A stretch of DNA of 33,903 nucleotides from a virus (IMGVR_UViG_3300032277_000042:1-33903); one strand, 5' to 3'; positions 7,868-15,306 are shown, counted from the stretch's first letter. The notes: generated by a model not told the origin, from the sequence alone. A program made the numbers and translations.

Positions 7868-8018
7868 CGTCGCTCTCCTTTATCTTGCCGGTGCCACTGC
7901 AGTCGGGGCACGTCTCAACGCGCTCTTCGATGTAGCCGCTGTCGATGTTGAATGATTGGCGGTGAAACAGCTCAATCAGCACGGTGCCAGTGCCGCTGCA
8001 TTCGGGGCATGTGATCAT
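7860..8018 (-). CDS. 52 aa DnaJ-type zinc finger mini-protein
   Basis: Read manually: MITCPECSGTG...ETCPDCSGTGKIKESDDE, two CxxCxGxG motifs; ATGA overlap with the methyltransferase stop. Confidence 0.8.
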   Translation of the reverse strand: MITCPECSGTGTVLIELFHRQSFNIDSGYIEERVETCPDCSGTGKIKESDDE

Positions 8019-9151
8019 AGCGCGTCCACCATGCTGATCCGCTCACCAATCCAGCGCATGACAGGCACAGCCATGCTGTTGCCCATCGCCTTGTATCGCG
8101 GCCCATCAGGGCAATTCTCGGCTGGCTTGTTGCGCCACGGGATTTGCGTGTAATTGTCGGGGAAGCCTTGCAGCCTTTCGCATTCAACGGGCGTCAGGCG
8201 GCGGACAGATGTAGTCATCACAGTGTTGTCATAAACACCCCCAGAGGCAGCTCTAAGCGCGGCTGCTTTATCTGAGGTTGTCTGGTTGTAAGCGTCAAAC
8301 GCCACCGCAGTCGTGTGCCCTACCGATAGCGTCGGTGACATCTCTGGCGTGGACGCCGCCTGTGTGCCACTCATTTCCGCAGGGAAAGCGATGACCGCTG
8401 CGCTTGTCATGCCATCACGGCCACACGACAGCCCTTTGTATTCGCGGCTAGACAGCGTGGTGACAGACCCGTCTTGCACGTTGCCAATTGGCTGCAAATA
8501 ACCGCTGCAAGCCTCGTCAGTGCCTAGTCCACCGCCGCCAGCGCTTCCAGCGCCTCTTGTAATTGTATCGGCAGTTTCTTGCCGCGCTTTTCTGCTCGGC
8601 GCAGGATGCCCCTGCAAGCTGTGGCGCTCAAATAGAACCGCTGCGGCACGTCTCCAGTCTCCAATATGCCCGACAACGAACACACGTCGGCGTCTTTGTG
8701 GAACTCCCCAATATTGAGCGTCACAAATTCTGTATGCGAACCCATACCCGATTTCCCCCATCGCCCCAAGCAAGGTTCCAAAATCTTTTCCTCGGTTAGA
8801 CGACAAGACGCCGGGGACGTTTTCCCAGACCAGCCATCTGGGGCGATATCGTTCAGCAATTGCAAGGAAGGTGAGCATGAGGTTGCCACGCGGATCGTCC
8901 AATCCTTTTCGCAGCCCCGCCACTGAAAAACTTTGGCAGGGTGTTCCCCCGACCAAAAGGTCAATTGATCTGTCATTCGGCCACTCCTTAAATGCTGTCA
9001 TGTCGCCGTAATTCGGCACGTCAGGATAATGATGCGCCAACACCGCTGACGGGAATTTCTCAATCTCGGAAAACCACTGAGGCTCCCAGCCTAGCGGATG
9101 CCAAGCAACGGTTGCGGCCTCAACGCCGCTGCATACGCTGCCGTACTTCAT
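8015..9151 (-). CDS. DNA (cytosine-5) methyltransferase
   Basis: Motif I variant SVCSGVEA, motif IV GGTPCQSFS, VI ENVPG, VIII PQRRRRVF, IX RRLTPVECERLQGFPD, X YKAMGNSMAVPV; ATGA-coupled start at 9151. Confidence 0.95.
   Translation of the reverse strand: MKYGSVCSGVEAATVAWHPLGWEPQWFSEIEKFPSAVLAHHYPDVPNYGDMTAFKEWPNDRSIDLLVGGTPCQSFSVAGLRKGLDDPRGNLMLTFLAIAERYRPRWLVWENVPGVLSSNRGKDFGTLLGAMGEIGYGFAYRICDAQYWGVPQRRRRVFVVGHIGDWRRAAAVLFERHSLQGHPAPSRKARQETADTITRGAGSAGGGGLGTDEACSGYLQPIGNVQDGSVTTLSSREYKGLSCGRDGMTSAAVIAFPAEMSGTQAASTPEMSPTLSVGHTTAVAFDAYNQTTSDKAAALRAASGGVYDNTVMTTSVRRLTPVECERLQGFPDNYTQIPWRNKPAENCPDGPRYKAMGNSMAVPVMRWIGERISMVDAL
8524..8976 (-). CDS. Nested out-of-frame gene, putative methyltransferase second (beta) subunit
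   Basis: 150 codons on the same strand in another frame; TAAGGAG 7 nt before ATG; C-terminal SLSGILETGDVPQRFYLS. Confidence 0.7.
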   Translation of the reverse strand: MTDQLTFWSGEHPAKVFQWRGCEKDWTIRVATSCSPSLQLLNDIAPDGWSGKTSPASCRLTEEKILEPCLGRWGKSGMGSHTEFVTLNIGEFHKDADVCSLSGILETGDVPQRFYLSATACRGILRRAEKRGKKLPIQLQEALEALAAVD

Positions 9152-9636
9152 ACCCGCCCCGCCATTATCTCGCGGGTCAAATAGCAAAACCCCGGCAATG
9201 ACAGGTCGCACAAAAACGGCTGGTCGGACTTGCCGCCAAATGCCTCGGCCACGGCGTTCCAAGCAGTTGCCCGCTGTGTTGGGGCAGAGCCAAATGCCTC
9301 TGCCACCGCGTTAAAGCTGACCACCGCGCGGGCCTCGTATCGGTCATATTTATAGATGACGCATGGGTGCAGGTTCACGAGTTGGGAGGCCTCGTATGCC
9401 TGCTCCCATGCGCCGGTCGGGATGCCTCGGCCCGACGCTCTGCGCTTGATTTCGATCAGGAAGGGGAACCCGAAATCATCGCAGATTAAATCGCCCTGTT
9501 GGGCGGTCCGCACCTGTTCGAGGTTGCGGACAAATTTCATGCCCAGCTCGCCGTGCAGAATTTCCGCAATCTGGCGCTCTGTTTCAGCGCCTCGCTGCCG
9601 GTTGCGCCGGCCAATCTGGCTTGCTGATTTAGCCAT
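9148..9636 (-). CDS. Hjc-like PD-(D/E)XK Holliday junction resolvase
   Basis: RGAETERQIA...GDL...FLIEIKRR...W.QA...P.VIYK pattern; internal NAVAEAFG duplication. Confidence 0.75.
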   Translation of the reverse strand: MAKSASQIGRRNRQRGAETERQIAEILHGELGMKFVRNLEQVRTAQQGDLICDDFGFPFLIEIKRRASGRGIPTGAWEQAYEASQLVNLHPCVIYKYDRYEARAVVSFNAVAEAFGSAPTQRATAWNAVAEAFGGKSDQPFLCDLSLPGFCYLTREIMAGRV

Positions 9637-9787
9637 TCCGACGCGCCTCGAAATACGCCGTTAGAATGCGGTCAATGAGTTTTGCCACTGACATATCGCG
9701 CGCGGCAGCCTCGCCACCAAGGCGGCGTTTGAGGTCCGGCGCAATGCGGACAAACAGGCCGACCCGTTGTTTCATCGTTGTTTTCAT
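9629..9787 (-). CDS. 52 aa ribbon-helix-helix (Arc/CopG-like) regulator
   Basis: Read manually: MKTTMKQRVGLFVRIAPDLKRRLGGEAAARDMSVAKLIDRILTAYFEARRNG; first gene of the leftward operon, stop overlaps next start. Confidence 0.78.
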   Translation of the reverse strand: MKTTMKQRVGLFVRIAPDLKRRLGGEAAARDMSVAKLIDRILTAYFEARRNG

Positions 9788-9900
9788 TGTGATCTCTGGC
9801 TGGTGTAAATTTATATTGACTGGTCGTTGTAAATAGCGATAGCTTAAAGATAGCGGGAAAAAAAGCGAACACCCCCGCGCAATGCAAAAAGGAAACTAAA
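9788..9900. promoter_or_regulatory. Divergent promoter region with two operator-like motifs
   Basis: AT-rich gap between divergent genes; plus-strand TTGACT (9816-9821)-N18-TAGCTT; TGGCTGGTGTAAAT (9797-9810) and TGGTCGTTGTAAAT (9821-9834). Confidence 0.65.
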
Positions 9901-10407
9901 ATGAGAATTGAAACTAAGGACCAAATTGTCATCACCGGGATGGCAAAAAACGGCGGCGCATTCGGCCTGGTGCTGCCGGATTTAGAAGAGAGCTGCTATA
10001 TCGGGCAGCGCATTTTAGAACAGTCTGGCGCTAAGTTGCTGGACAAGTGTGACGCTGTGCTGACCAACAATCGCCATCCACACAACCATACTATTCCATA
10101 TGTGGCGGCTTACGTGCGGGTGATTGAGGCAGAGCCAGAGGCGGCGCCAGAGCCAACGCCAGAGCCAACGCCAGAGCCAGAGGTCGATGTGTATGAGCTG
10201 GCTTTAGGCCACATACGAGAGGCCGAGTCATACGTTTTGACGCACGAAATGTCAGAGCTGTTGGAAATCCCGTCACGAAAAATGGGTGCGATGCTGGAGA
10301 AAATGTTTATGCAGAACAAAATTGTTCGCGCGCAAGTGCAAGCATCGGCGGGGCAGGGCAAAGCGTCATTCTCAATGTGGGCGGATAGCCCTGAAAAATT
10401 TAGATAG
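9901..10407 (+). CDS. Two-domain hypothetical protein with Pro/Glu linker and possible C-terminal winged helix
   Basis: AAGGA RBS; EAEPEAAPEPTPEPTPEPE linker from a 12 bp tandem repeat at ~10126-10183. Confidence 0.8.
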   Translation: MRIETKDQIVITGMAKNGGAFGLVLPDLEESCYIGQRILEQSGAKLLDKCDAVLTNNRHPHNHTIPYVAAYVRVIEAEPEAAPEPTPEPTPEPEVDVYELALGHIREAESYVLTHEMSELLEIPSRKMGAMLEKMFMQNKIVRAQVQASAGQGKASFSMWADSPEKFR

Positions 10408-10414
10408 GATTGAT

Positions 10415-11107
10415 ATGAAACTTGGAGCATTCTTGTCCGGCTCGGATAAAGACAGCCACCTTAACCAGCGCCGGCAGATTAACACGCTTAACCCTGACCA
10501 TGTTAAATGGTTTACGGAGACACGCGATTTCAGGCGTCCATTTAATGAGCGCAACGCGTTACAACATTGCTTGCAGTATTGCCAAGCCAGTGCATCAACA
10601 TTTGTGTTGGCATCGCTAAACGGCTTTGCAGAAAAAAGATGGCACGGCCTGCGCTACATTGAGACGCAATGCCAAACGCTCGGCATTGATGTTGTGGTCG
10701 CAGACAATCCCGTTGTTTCCAGCGGGTCTATCCAGATTCTTGCCGCTCAGGCAGAATTTGACCGCAACGAGCTGGTCCGTAAATCTAAAGCGGCAATTAA
10801 CGACATCCAGCAGATTATTGCCAAAGAGGGCAGCCACGTTTCAAAATCTGGCCGCCGCATTACGCGCTTAGGGTATCACGGCGCGATGGAAGAGCTGTCA
10901 GCCAAAGCGCAAGTCGCGCGCAACAGCCACGCAGATCAACACTCAACGGATGTATGGCCGCTGGTGGAAAACTTTTTGGCGCGCGGGTTGGGCCTTGCCG
11001 GCACAGCGCGCGAGTTAAACAGGTTGGGCGTGGCCACCGCGAAGGGCGGCAAGTGGCACGCGTCCACCGTGGTAAATGTGCGAAAGAGGATGACGCGTGA
11101 TGAGTGA
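10415..11107 (+). CDS. Serine recombinase (resolvase-family) homolog with degenerate active site
   Basis: Spacing of resolvase motifs retained (ERNALQHCL, VVADNP, ILAAQAEFDR) plus DNA-binding tail ARELNRLGVATAKGGKWHASTV; ATG 10415 with AGGA RBS. Confidence 0.75.
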   Translation: MKLGAFLSGSDKDSHLNQRRQINTLNPDHVKWFTETRDFRRPFNERNALQHCLQYCQASASTFVLASLNGFAEKRWHGLRYIETQCQTLGIDVVVADNPVVSSGSIQILAAQAEFDRNELVRKSKAAINDIQQIIAKEGSHVSKSGRRITRLGYHGAMEELSAKAQVARNSHADQHSTDVWPLVENFLARGLGLAGTARELNRLGVATAKGGKWHASTVVNVRKRMTRDE

Positions 11108-11603
11108 TTTAGATGAGTACGAGACAGCGGTAGAGCGTGAGTTTCTGCAAGCGTACTGCGATTTTACCGTGGCGAATTGGAGCCAGTATAACGGCGGTGG
11201 GGGCAGGGTGCAGCGCTGGGTCAACAGTACGTGGAATAGATGGGTTTTTGCGCGTCTGATGGTTGGCACAACTATTGCCCCCCCCCCCCCAGCAGTCAAA
11301 GGTTTGACAGTCGGAGACATATCGCGCGCGCTTAATCTCTCGCGGCAAGGGGCGCAAAAAATGGTGGATGATTGTCTGGCGCAAGGCTGGATAACGGGGT
11401 CTGAGCGATACTTCGCTGGGTCAAAATTAATTGATTACGTCCATCAAAGCGCAATGCAGGTCCACGAGCTTTTGGTAACTGGGTTGTCAAAAAAGTCTCA
11501 AAATCTAATAAACTACCGCGAAATACGGGCAAAAATGGTAAGTCAGTTGTCATTGACTGGTTCGCCCGTTGTATTGCAGGATGATGCTAAGGAGGCCGGA
11601 TAA
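11100..11603 (+). CDS. HTH (MarR-like winged helix) protein containing a C13 tract
   Basis: LTVGDISRALNLSRQGAQKMVDDCLAQGWI; overlaps the upstream stop. Confidence 0.7.
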   Translation: MSDLDEYETAVEREFLQAYCDFTVANWSQYNGGGGRVQRWVNSTWNRWVFARLMVGTTIAPPPPAVKGLTVGDISRALNLSRQGAQKMVDDCLAQGWITGSERYFAGSKLIDYVHQSAMQVHELLVTGLSKKSQNLINYREIRAKMVSQLSLTGSPVVLQDDAKEAG

Positions 11604-12008
11604 ATGAGAAAAACGCGCAACAAAGCTGCAATCAACCCAACCGTCTTAAAGATGCGCCAGGGTCTTATGAGTTTTCGCAAGCGCGTTGATATCCAATGCT
11701 GGCATCCTGACCACGTCCGCAAAATCCCCGCAATCCTGCGGGAATACGCAGACAAGATCGAGCGCATCAGTCAATCAAATGAGTTGCTCGGTCACGACAA
11801 AGCGGTATACGCTCAACAACAGATCTCATTTATGAATTGGGATTTCGGGCGTATGCTGCCGAAAGATCCGCGCGAAAGAGGCGCGGCGCAAATGGGTCAT
11901 ACCGGCGGTAGAACCTACTATGTGGACGAAAACGGATTGGACGAGTTACAGGCCCGCAAAGATTTAGACGAGCCGCTGCAACGTCCAAAGGATCGGTCAG
12001 ACGGGTAG
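11604..12008 (+). CDS. Hypothetical protein
   Basis: TAAGGAGG RBS, abuts upstream stop. Confidence 0.8.
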   Translation: MRKTRNKAAINPTVLKMRQGLMSFRKRVDIQCWHPDHVRKIPAILREYADKIERISQSNELLGHDKAVYAQQQISFMNWDFGRMLPKDPRERGAAQMGHTGGRTYYVDENGLDELQARKDLDEPLQRPKDRSDG

Positions 12009-12054
12009 AGGCACACGTCTGGTTAGTGTAAATAGTCAAAAACAAGGAAGAGTT

Positions 12055-12264
12055 ATGTTAGATCAAAATGTTACGGGGCAATCTGGAAATCGGATTCTCA
12101 TAATAAGTACATCGGTAGTAGAGACAGGCTTAACAGAAAAACAGCGGAGAAAGATTGAACAGATTAAACTGTTCTGTCTGGACACGCTGGCTTGCCTGTC
12201 AATTTTCATCGCAACAGGCGCGATGCTTTGGATTTTACCCTTGATGCAAGGGGCAAGCCAATGA
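12055..12264 (+). CDS. Small membrane protein
   Basis: AAGGA RBS; C-terminal hydrophobic helix; preceded by TGGTTAGTGTAAAT motif (12020-12033). Confidence 0.65.
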   Translation: MLDQNVTGQSGNRILIISTSVVETGLTEKQRRKIEQIKLFCLDTLACLSIFIATGAMLWILPLMQGASQ

Positions 12265-12500
12265 GCGATAATGTGATCGATTTTCCGACCGACGCGGAAA
12301 TCAAAAACAAGTTGGATGATGTCGCAGAAAACATCACCGAGGCAATGCAGCAATGCGAGCGATGGTTTAGCACGCGTGAAGAGCTGTGTGACTTGCTGGC
12401 CGAGGGGATGCGAACTATCGGCATCACCGAAATGCAAACTGGCGGCGTCACGTACAAACTCGTTGGCGAGGATTTGCACATTGAAAGGGCAGTACATTGA
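12261..12500 (+). CDS. Acidic hypothetical protein (MSDNVIDFPT...)
   Basis: ATGA-coupled start at 12261 with AAGGGG RBS. Confidence 0.7.
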   Translation: MSDNVIDFPTDAEIKNKLDDVAENITEAMQQCERWFSTREELCDLLAEGMRTIGITEMQTGGVTYKLVGEDLHIERAVH

Positions 12501-12745
12501 AAGAGCGCAGCCCATTGACCCGCACTCAGCACGAGATGTTCTGCTTTGTGCGGGACCATTGGAAAGAGCTTGGCCGGTGCCCATCATTGCGTGAAATTTG
12601 CTTAGGCAAAATTGACGGCGAGCAGATGATGAAGCAACGCAGGTCGGTCAGCTCGTCACATAAAGTTTTACAATCGTTGATCCGCAAAGGCTGGCTGGTT
12701 GAAGATTGGGAGTTGAACGTCACGTACTGGCGGGTTGCCCCGTAG
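12497..12745 (+). CDS. LexA-like N-terminal DNA-binding domain protein, no peptidase domain
   Basis: LTRTQHEMFCFVRDHWKELGRCPSLREIC...SVSSSHKVLQSLIRKGWL follows the LexA winged-helix pattern. Confidence 0.72.
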   Translation: MKERSPLTRTQHEMFCFVRDHWKELGRCPSLREICLGKIDGEQMMKQRRSVSSSHKVLQSLIRKGWLVEDWELNVTYWRVAP

Positions 12746-12750
12746 CCAAA

Positions 12751-13125
12751 TTAAAGGCGCTCCACGTTGAGCGCCTTTTTTATTGCCTCGTGCATATTTT
12801 TTTTTGTAAATTTTAACGCCGGAATTTTCTTTGTCACTTGCCCTTTTCGCGGTGGCTCGTACATCAAGAACAATCCAACATCAAGCGCAACATAGCAGTA
12901 CACAGCAGCCGTGATTTCGCTCTTGCTAAACGCGAAGGAATACCTTTTGCTTTTATCAACGGCGCGCGCCGCTTTGACTTGCACAGTGATAAACCCGCTT
13001 GGCAGCTCCACCCACAGGTCAACCCCGTCAACGTCAACCCTTTGCGTGACGAGGTTGTATTGATGCTCCAGCACAGATTGCACCAGAAATTCACCGGCCC
13101 TGCCAGTGTGGTGCGAGTGGTGCAT
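12751..13125 (-). CDS. PD-(D/E)XK endonuclease-like protein
   Basis: GRAGEFLV...DGVDLWV...TVQVKA...Y.F...YCYVALD pattern. Confidence 0.72.
   Translation of the reverse strand: MHHSHHTGRAGEFLVQSVLEHQYNLVTQRVDVDGVDLWVELPSGFITVQVKAARAVDKSKRYSFAFSKSEITAAVYCYVALDVGLFLMYEPPRKGQVTKKIPALKFTKKNMHEAIKKALNVERL
12753..12781 (+). terminator. Intrinsic terminator, likely bidirectional, embedded in the 3' end of the convergent gene
   Basis: AAAGGCGCTC-CACGTT-GAGCGCCTTT then T tract, at the convergence of the two transcription units. Confidence 0.8.
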
Positions 13126-13126
13126 T

Positions 13127-13756
13127 TTAAGCCATCAACCCCAATGCCTGCTCTTTGACCTCTTTGTTGCGCCGCAACCAGCCTTTGATAAACATGTCTT
13201 TATTTAAACTGCGGTAAAATCTGGCGCGCTCGTCGTGCAACCGCTCAACGATTTCCTCTGGATCAAGCGCAGCCACAGCGGCCAATGTTTTAGGCCCGAC
13301 CGCACCGTCTTGTTTGACGCCAACGCATTTCTGCAGCATTTTCTTGGCGCGACTTGGGCCGGAGTTTACGCCGATATCAACCACGCACCAATCGACGCCC
13401 ACCGGCAGATCCTGCGCATTTACCTTTTCGTGATACCATTTTTTATACAACGGTTTGACGTCATCCTTTGTCAGCGCTTTCATCTCGTCAATTGTGGCCT
13501 CGCGCCCAATCCAATCTGACCACGTTTTAATGGTCACACCGAGCATAGTGGCCCCGCCTGGGTCATCCGGGTGGTTTACGAACGTGTCGCCCTCGTGCTT
13601 GATTATCCACTCAAACATCGTATCCCAACTGCTCATTTTTTTTGGCTCCATTATTGATTTATACTGCGCGCGTATCACGTCGCGCTGTTGCTCAAGCGAG
13701 ATGAACTGCCGGTCAATTTCGCTGAGTTGTGGAAATTCCAGAACGGCGGCTGTCAT
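13127..13756 (-). CDS. Endolysin, glycoside hydrolase family 108 with peptidoglycan-binding domain
   Basis: HEG..VNHPDDPGGAT.LGVT, VNSG, DGAVGPKTL, FIKGWLRR; second start at ATG 13636 with GGAG RBS. Confidence 0.92.
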   Translation of the reverse strand: MTAAVLEFPQLSEIDRQFISLEQQRDVIRAQYKSIMEPKKMSSWDTMFEWIIKHEGDTFVNHPDDPGGATMLGVTIKTWSDWIGREATIDEMKALTKDDVKPLYKKWYHEKVNAQDLPVGVDWCVVDIGVNSGPSRAKKMLQKCVGVKQDGAVGPKTLAAVAALDPEEIVERLHDERARFYRSLNKDMFIKGWLRRNKEVKEQALGLMA

Positions 13757-14139
13757 TTTTTACCGCCGAAAAAATGCTTACTGCCGCGTATTCCTATGGC
13801 GGCGCTGCAAACCGTAAAGACCAGCCAAGTGTACCATTCTGGCAGCTCGGCTAAGCGGTCAAACCCGTTTTTCACGGTGTCCTCCATTCCGGGAATAAAA
13901 CACAGCAAAACGGGCGTAAGCACGGCAAAAGTCACCACCTCATCTTTAATCGATGATTGCGTGCCCTCGGCCATGATGCGTTCCCAATCGGCAACTGACG
14001 TCTTTTCACTGAGCATAATTCGAGATTTTGCCTCGGCCTCGGTTAGCTTTAGCTGTGCCTCGGCTTGCCCTTTTGCAGCGCGGTTTTTCAGCGCGCCGCC
14101 GGCCAGCTCAATCAGCGGCCCGATTAACGCGCCGATCAT
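13753..14139 (-). CDS. Putative holin
   Basis: Two C-terminal hydrophobic segments, KDE and LPEWY motifs, basic tail; ATGA-coupled to the endolysin. Confidence 0.65.
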   Translation of the reverse strand: MIGALIGPLIELAGGALKNRAAKGQAEAQLKLTEAEAKSRIMLSEKTSVADWERIMAEGTQSSIKDEVVTFAVLTPVLLCFIPGMEDTVKNGFDRLAELPEWYTWLVFTVCSAAIGIRGSKHFFGGKK

Positions 14140-14336
14140 TTCTCATGCGAAAGCCAAACGGCTATCGTCCCTGTCATTGCGCCGGTCACGACAGAAATTA
14201 GTGAAGCCTGTTGCGTTGAGATATCGGGCATTGAAAGTGCCCATTCAATGCAGCGGACATACATAACCGTCATAACAAACATCATTAAGCGCGGCAAAAT
14301 CTTCCACGCCAACACACGTTCCATTGCGATTGTCAT
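14136..14336 (-). CDS. Small two-TM membrane protein (lysis module)
   Basis: Two hydrophobic helices, ATGA overlaps on both sides. Confidence 0.7.
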   Translation of the reverse strand: MTIAMERVLAWKILPRLMMFVMTVMYVRCIEWALSMPDISTQQASLISVVTGAMTGTIAVWLSHEK

Positions 14337-14587
14337 TCAAATTGCTCCTTTAATGCGTCCATTGTGTCTTTCAACGTTCTGCCTTTATCCTGTGGCGCAT
14401 ACCTGCATTGGTATGTCCGGGGGCATTCACTGAAACTGGTGGTGGGGTAGTGCATTTGCCTGCCGCCGTTTACGTGGACGTACAGACAAATCTTTTCGCC
14501 ATACACGGTGATGCGCCGCGCCAGCTTGCACGTCACATATTCGGGGTTTGCCAACCCAGCGAGCGCCAAGGTTGCCGCCAAAATCAT
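14333..14587 (-). CDS. Secreted Cys-rich small protein
   Basis: Signal-peptide-like MILAATLALAGLA, four Cys; ATGA-coupled start at 14587. Confidence 0.65.
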   Translation of the reverse strand: MILAATLALAGLANPEYVTCKLARRITVYGEKICLYVHVNGGRQMHYPTTSFSECPRTYQCRYAPQDKGRTLKDTMDALKEQFE

Positions 14588-15066
14588 ATCTGGCCATCCT
14601 TCCACAACAACGCGTAAACCAGCGCGATAATCAGCCCAATGCCGACCAGCCCGGCGAGAATGCCGACTGTGGCGCTAATTAGGCTTTGCTTGATTTCTTC
14701 CTTGCGGATGACCGTGGCCTGACGCTGCGCTTTGATCTGGCGCGTCATATCCAGGTATTCTTGCAGGCCCTTGGGGCCGTACCGCCAGCCAATCAGCAAG
14801 TGCAGCTCTTTCTGCATGGCTTGAACGCGCTTCATATTGGCGAATGATTCGGCGGCCTCTTGCTCGGCGCTGCCGGCAAACGTTTTAAACACGCTGGGTT
14901 TTTGCGCGCGCTTATTGCAGTATTGCAGATCCGCAATTGCGCCGGCCCAAGACCCCAGAGTAGACGCGCACTCACCCAATTCCTTGCCCGCCGAAACGGC
15001 AGACTTTAGCGTTTTAAATGCGCTGACGGCGGTGGAAATTGCAACGGCTGCCTCGATAACGGGCAT
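14584..15066 (-). CDS. Coiled-coil protein with C-terminal membrane anchor
   Basis: Helical body and hydrophobic tail ATVGILAGLVGIGLIIALVYALLW. Confidence 0.75.
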   Translation of the reverse strand: MPVIEAAVAISTAVSAFKTLKSAVSAGKELGECASTLGSWAGAIADLQYCNKRAQKPSVFKTFAGSAEQEAAESFANMKRVQAMQKELHLLIGWRYGPKGLQEYLDMTRQIKAQRQATVIRKEEIKQSLISATVGILAGLVGIGLIIALVYALLWKDGQI

Positions 15067-15069
15067 ATA

Positions 15070-15306
15070 TCATTTCCGTTCTATGATGCGGTCTAGTTTG
15101 GCGTCTAGCGCCTCAAGGCGGTCAATCACGCGAGACATATCTGCACGGCTCTCCGCCTTGGTGGTGTATTCTTTTGCCAGCTCTTCGCGGGTGCGATTGA
15201 GCAATATATTTTGGCGGTTTATCTCGTGCCACGCTGTGCGCAGTATCCAACTCACCAGGCCGAGGCCGGCGGTTAGGCAGACGGTCCACAACGTTGCGGT
15301 GGCCAT
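15070..15306 (-). CDS. N-terminal TM plus coiled-coil protein (lysis module)
   Basis: TGATG-coupled start at 15306; ends IDRLEALDAKLDRIIERK. Confidence 0.72.
   Translation of the reverse strand: MATATLWTVCLTAGLGLVSWILRTAWHEINRQNILLNRTREELAKEYTTKAESRADMSRVIDRLEALDAKLDRIIERK

Noticed and set aside
9672-9935. 87 aa hydrophobic minus-strand ORF
   Set aside because: Crosses the divergent promoter and the 9901 start; the RHH frame at 9629-9787 explains the region better
10126-10183. 12 bp tandem repeat as a regulatory array
   Set aside because: In frame and encodes an ordinary Pro/Glu/Thr interdomain linker
3276-11208. GGGCAGGG KOPS-like octamers at 3276, 10351 and 11201
   Set aside because: Few copies in GC-rich coding DNA, pointing away from the nearby dif-like site; not distinguishable from chance by eye
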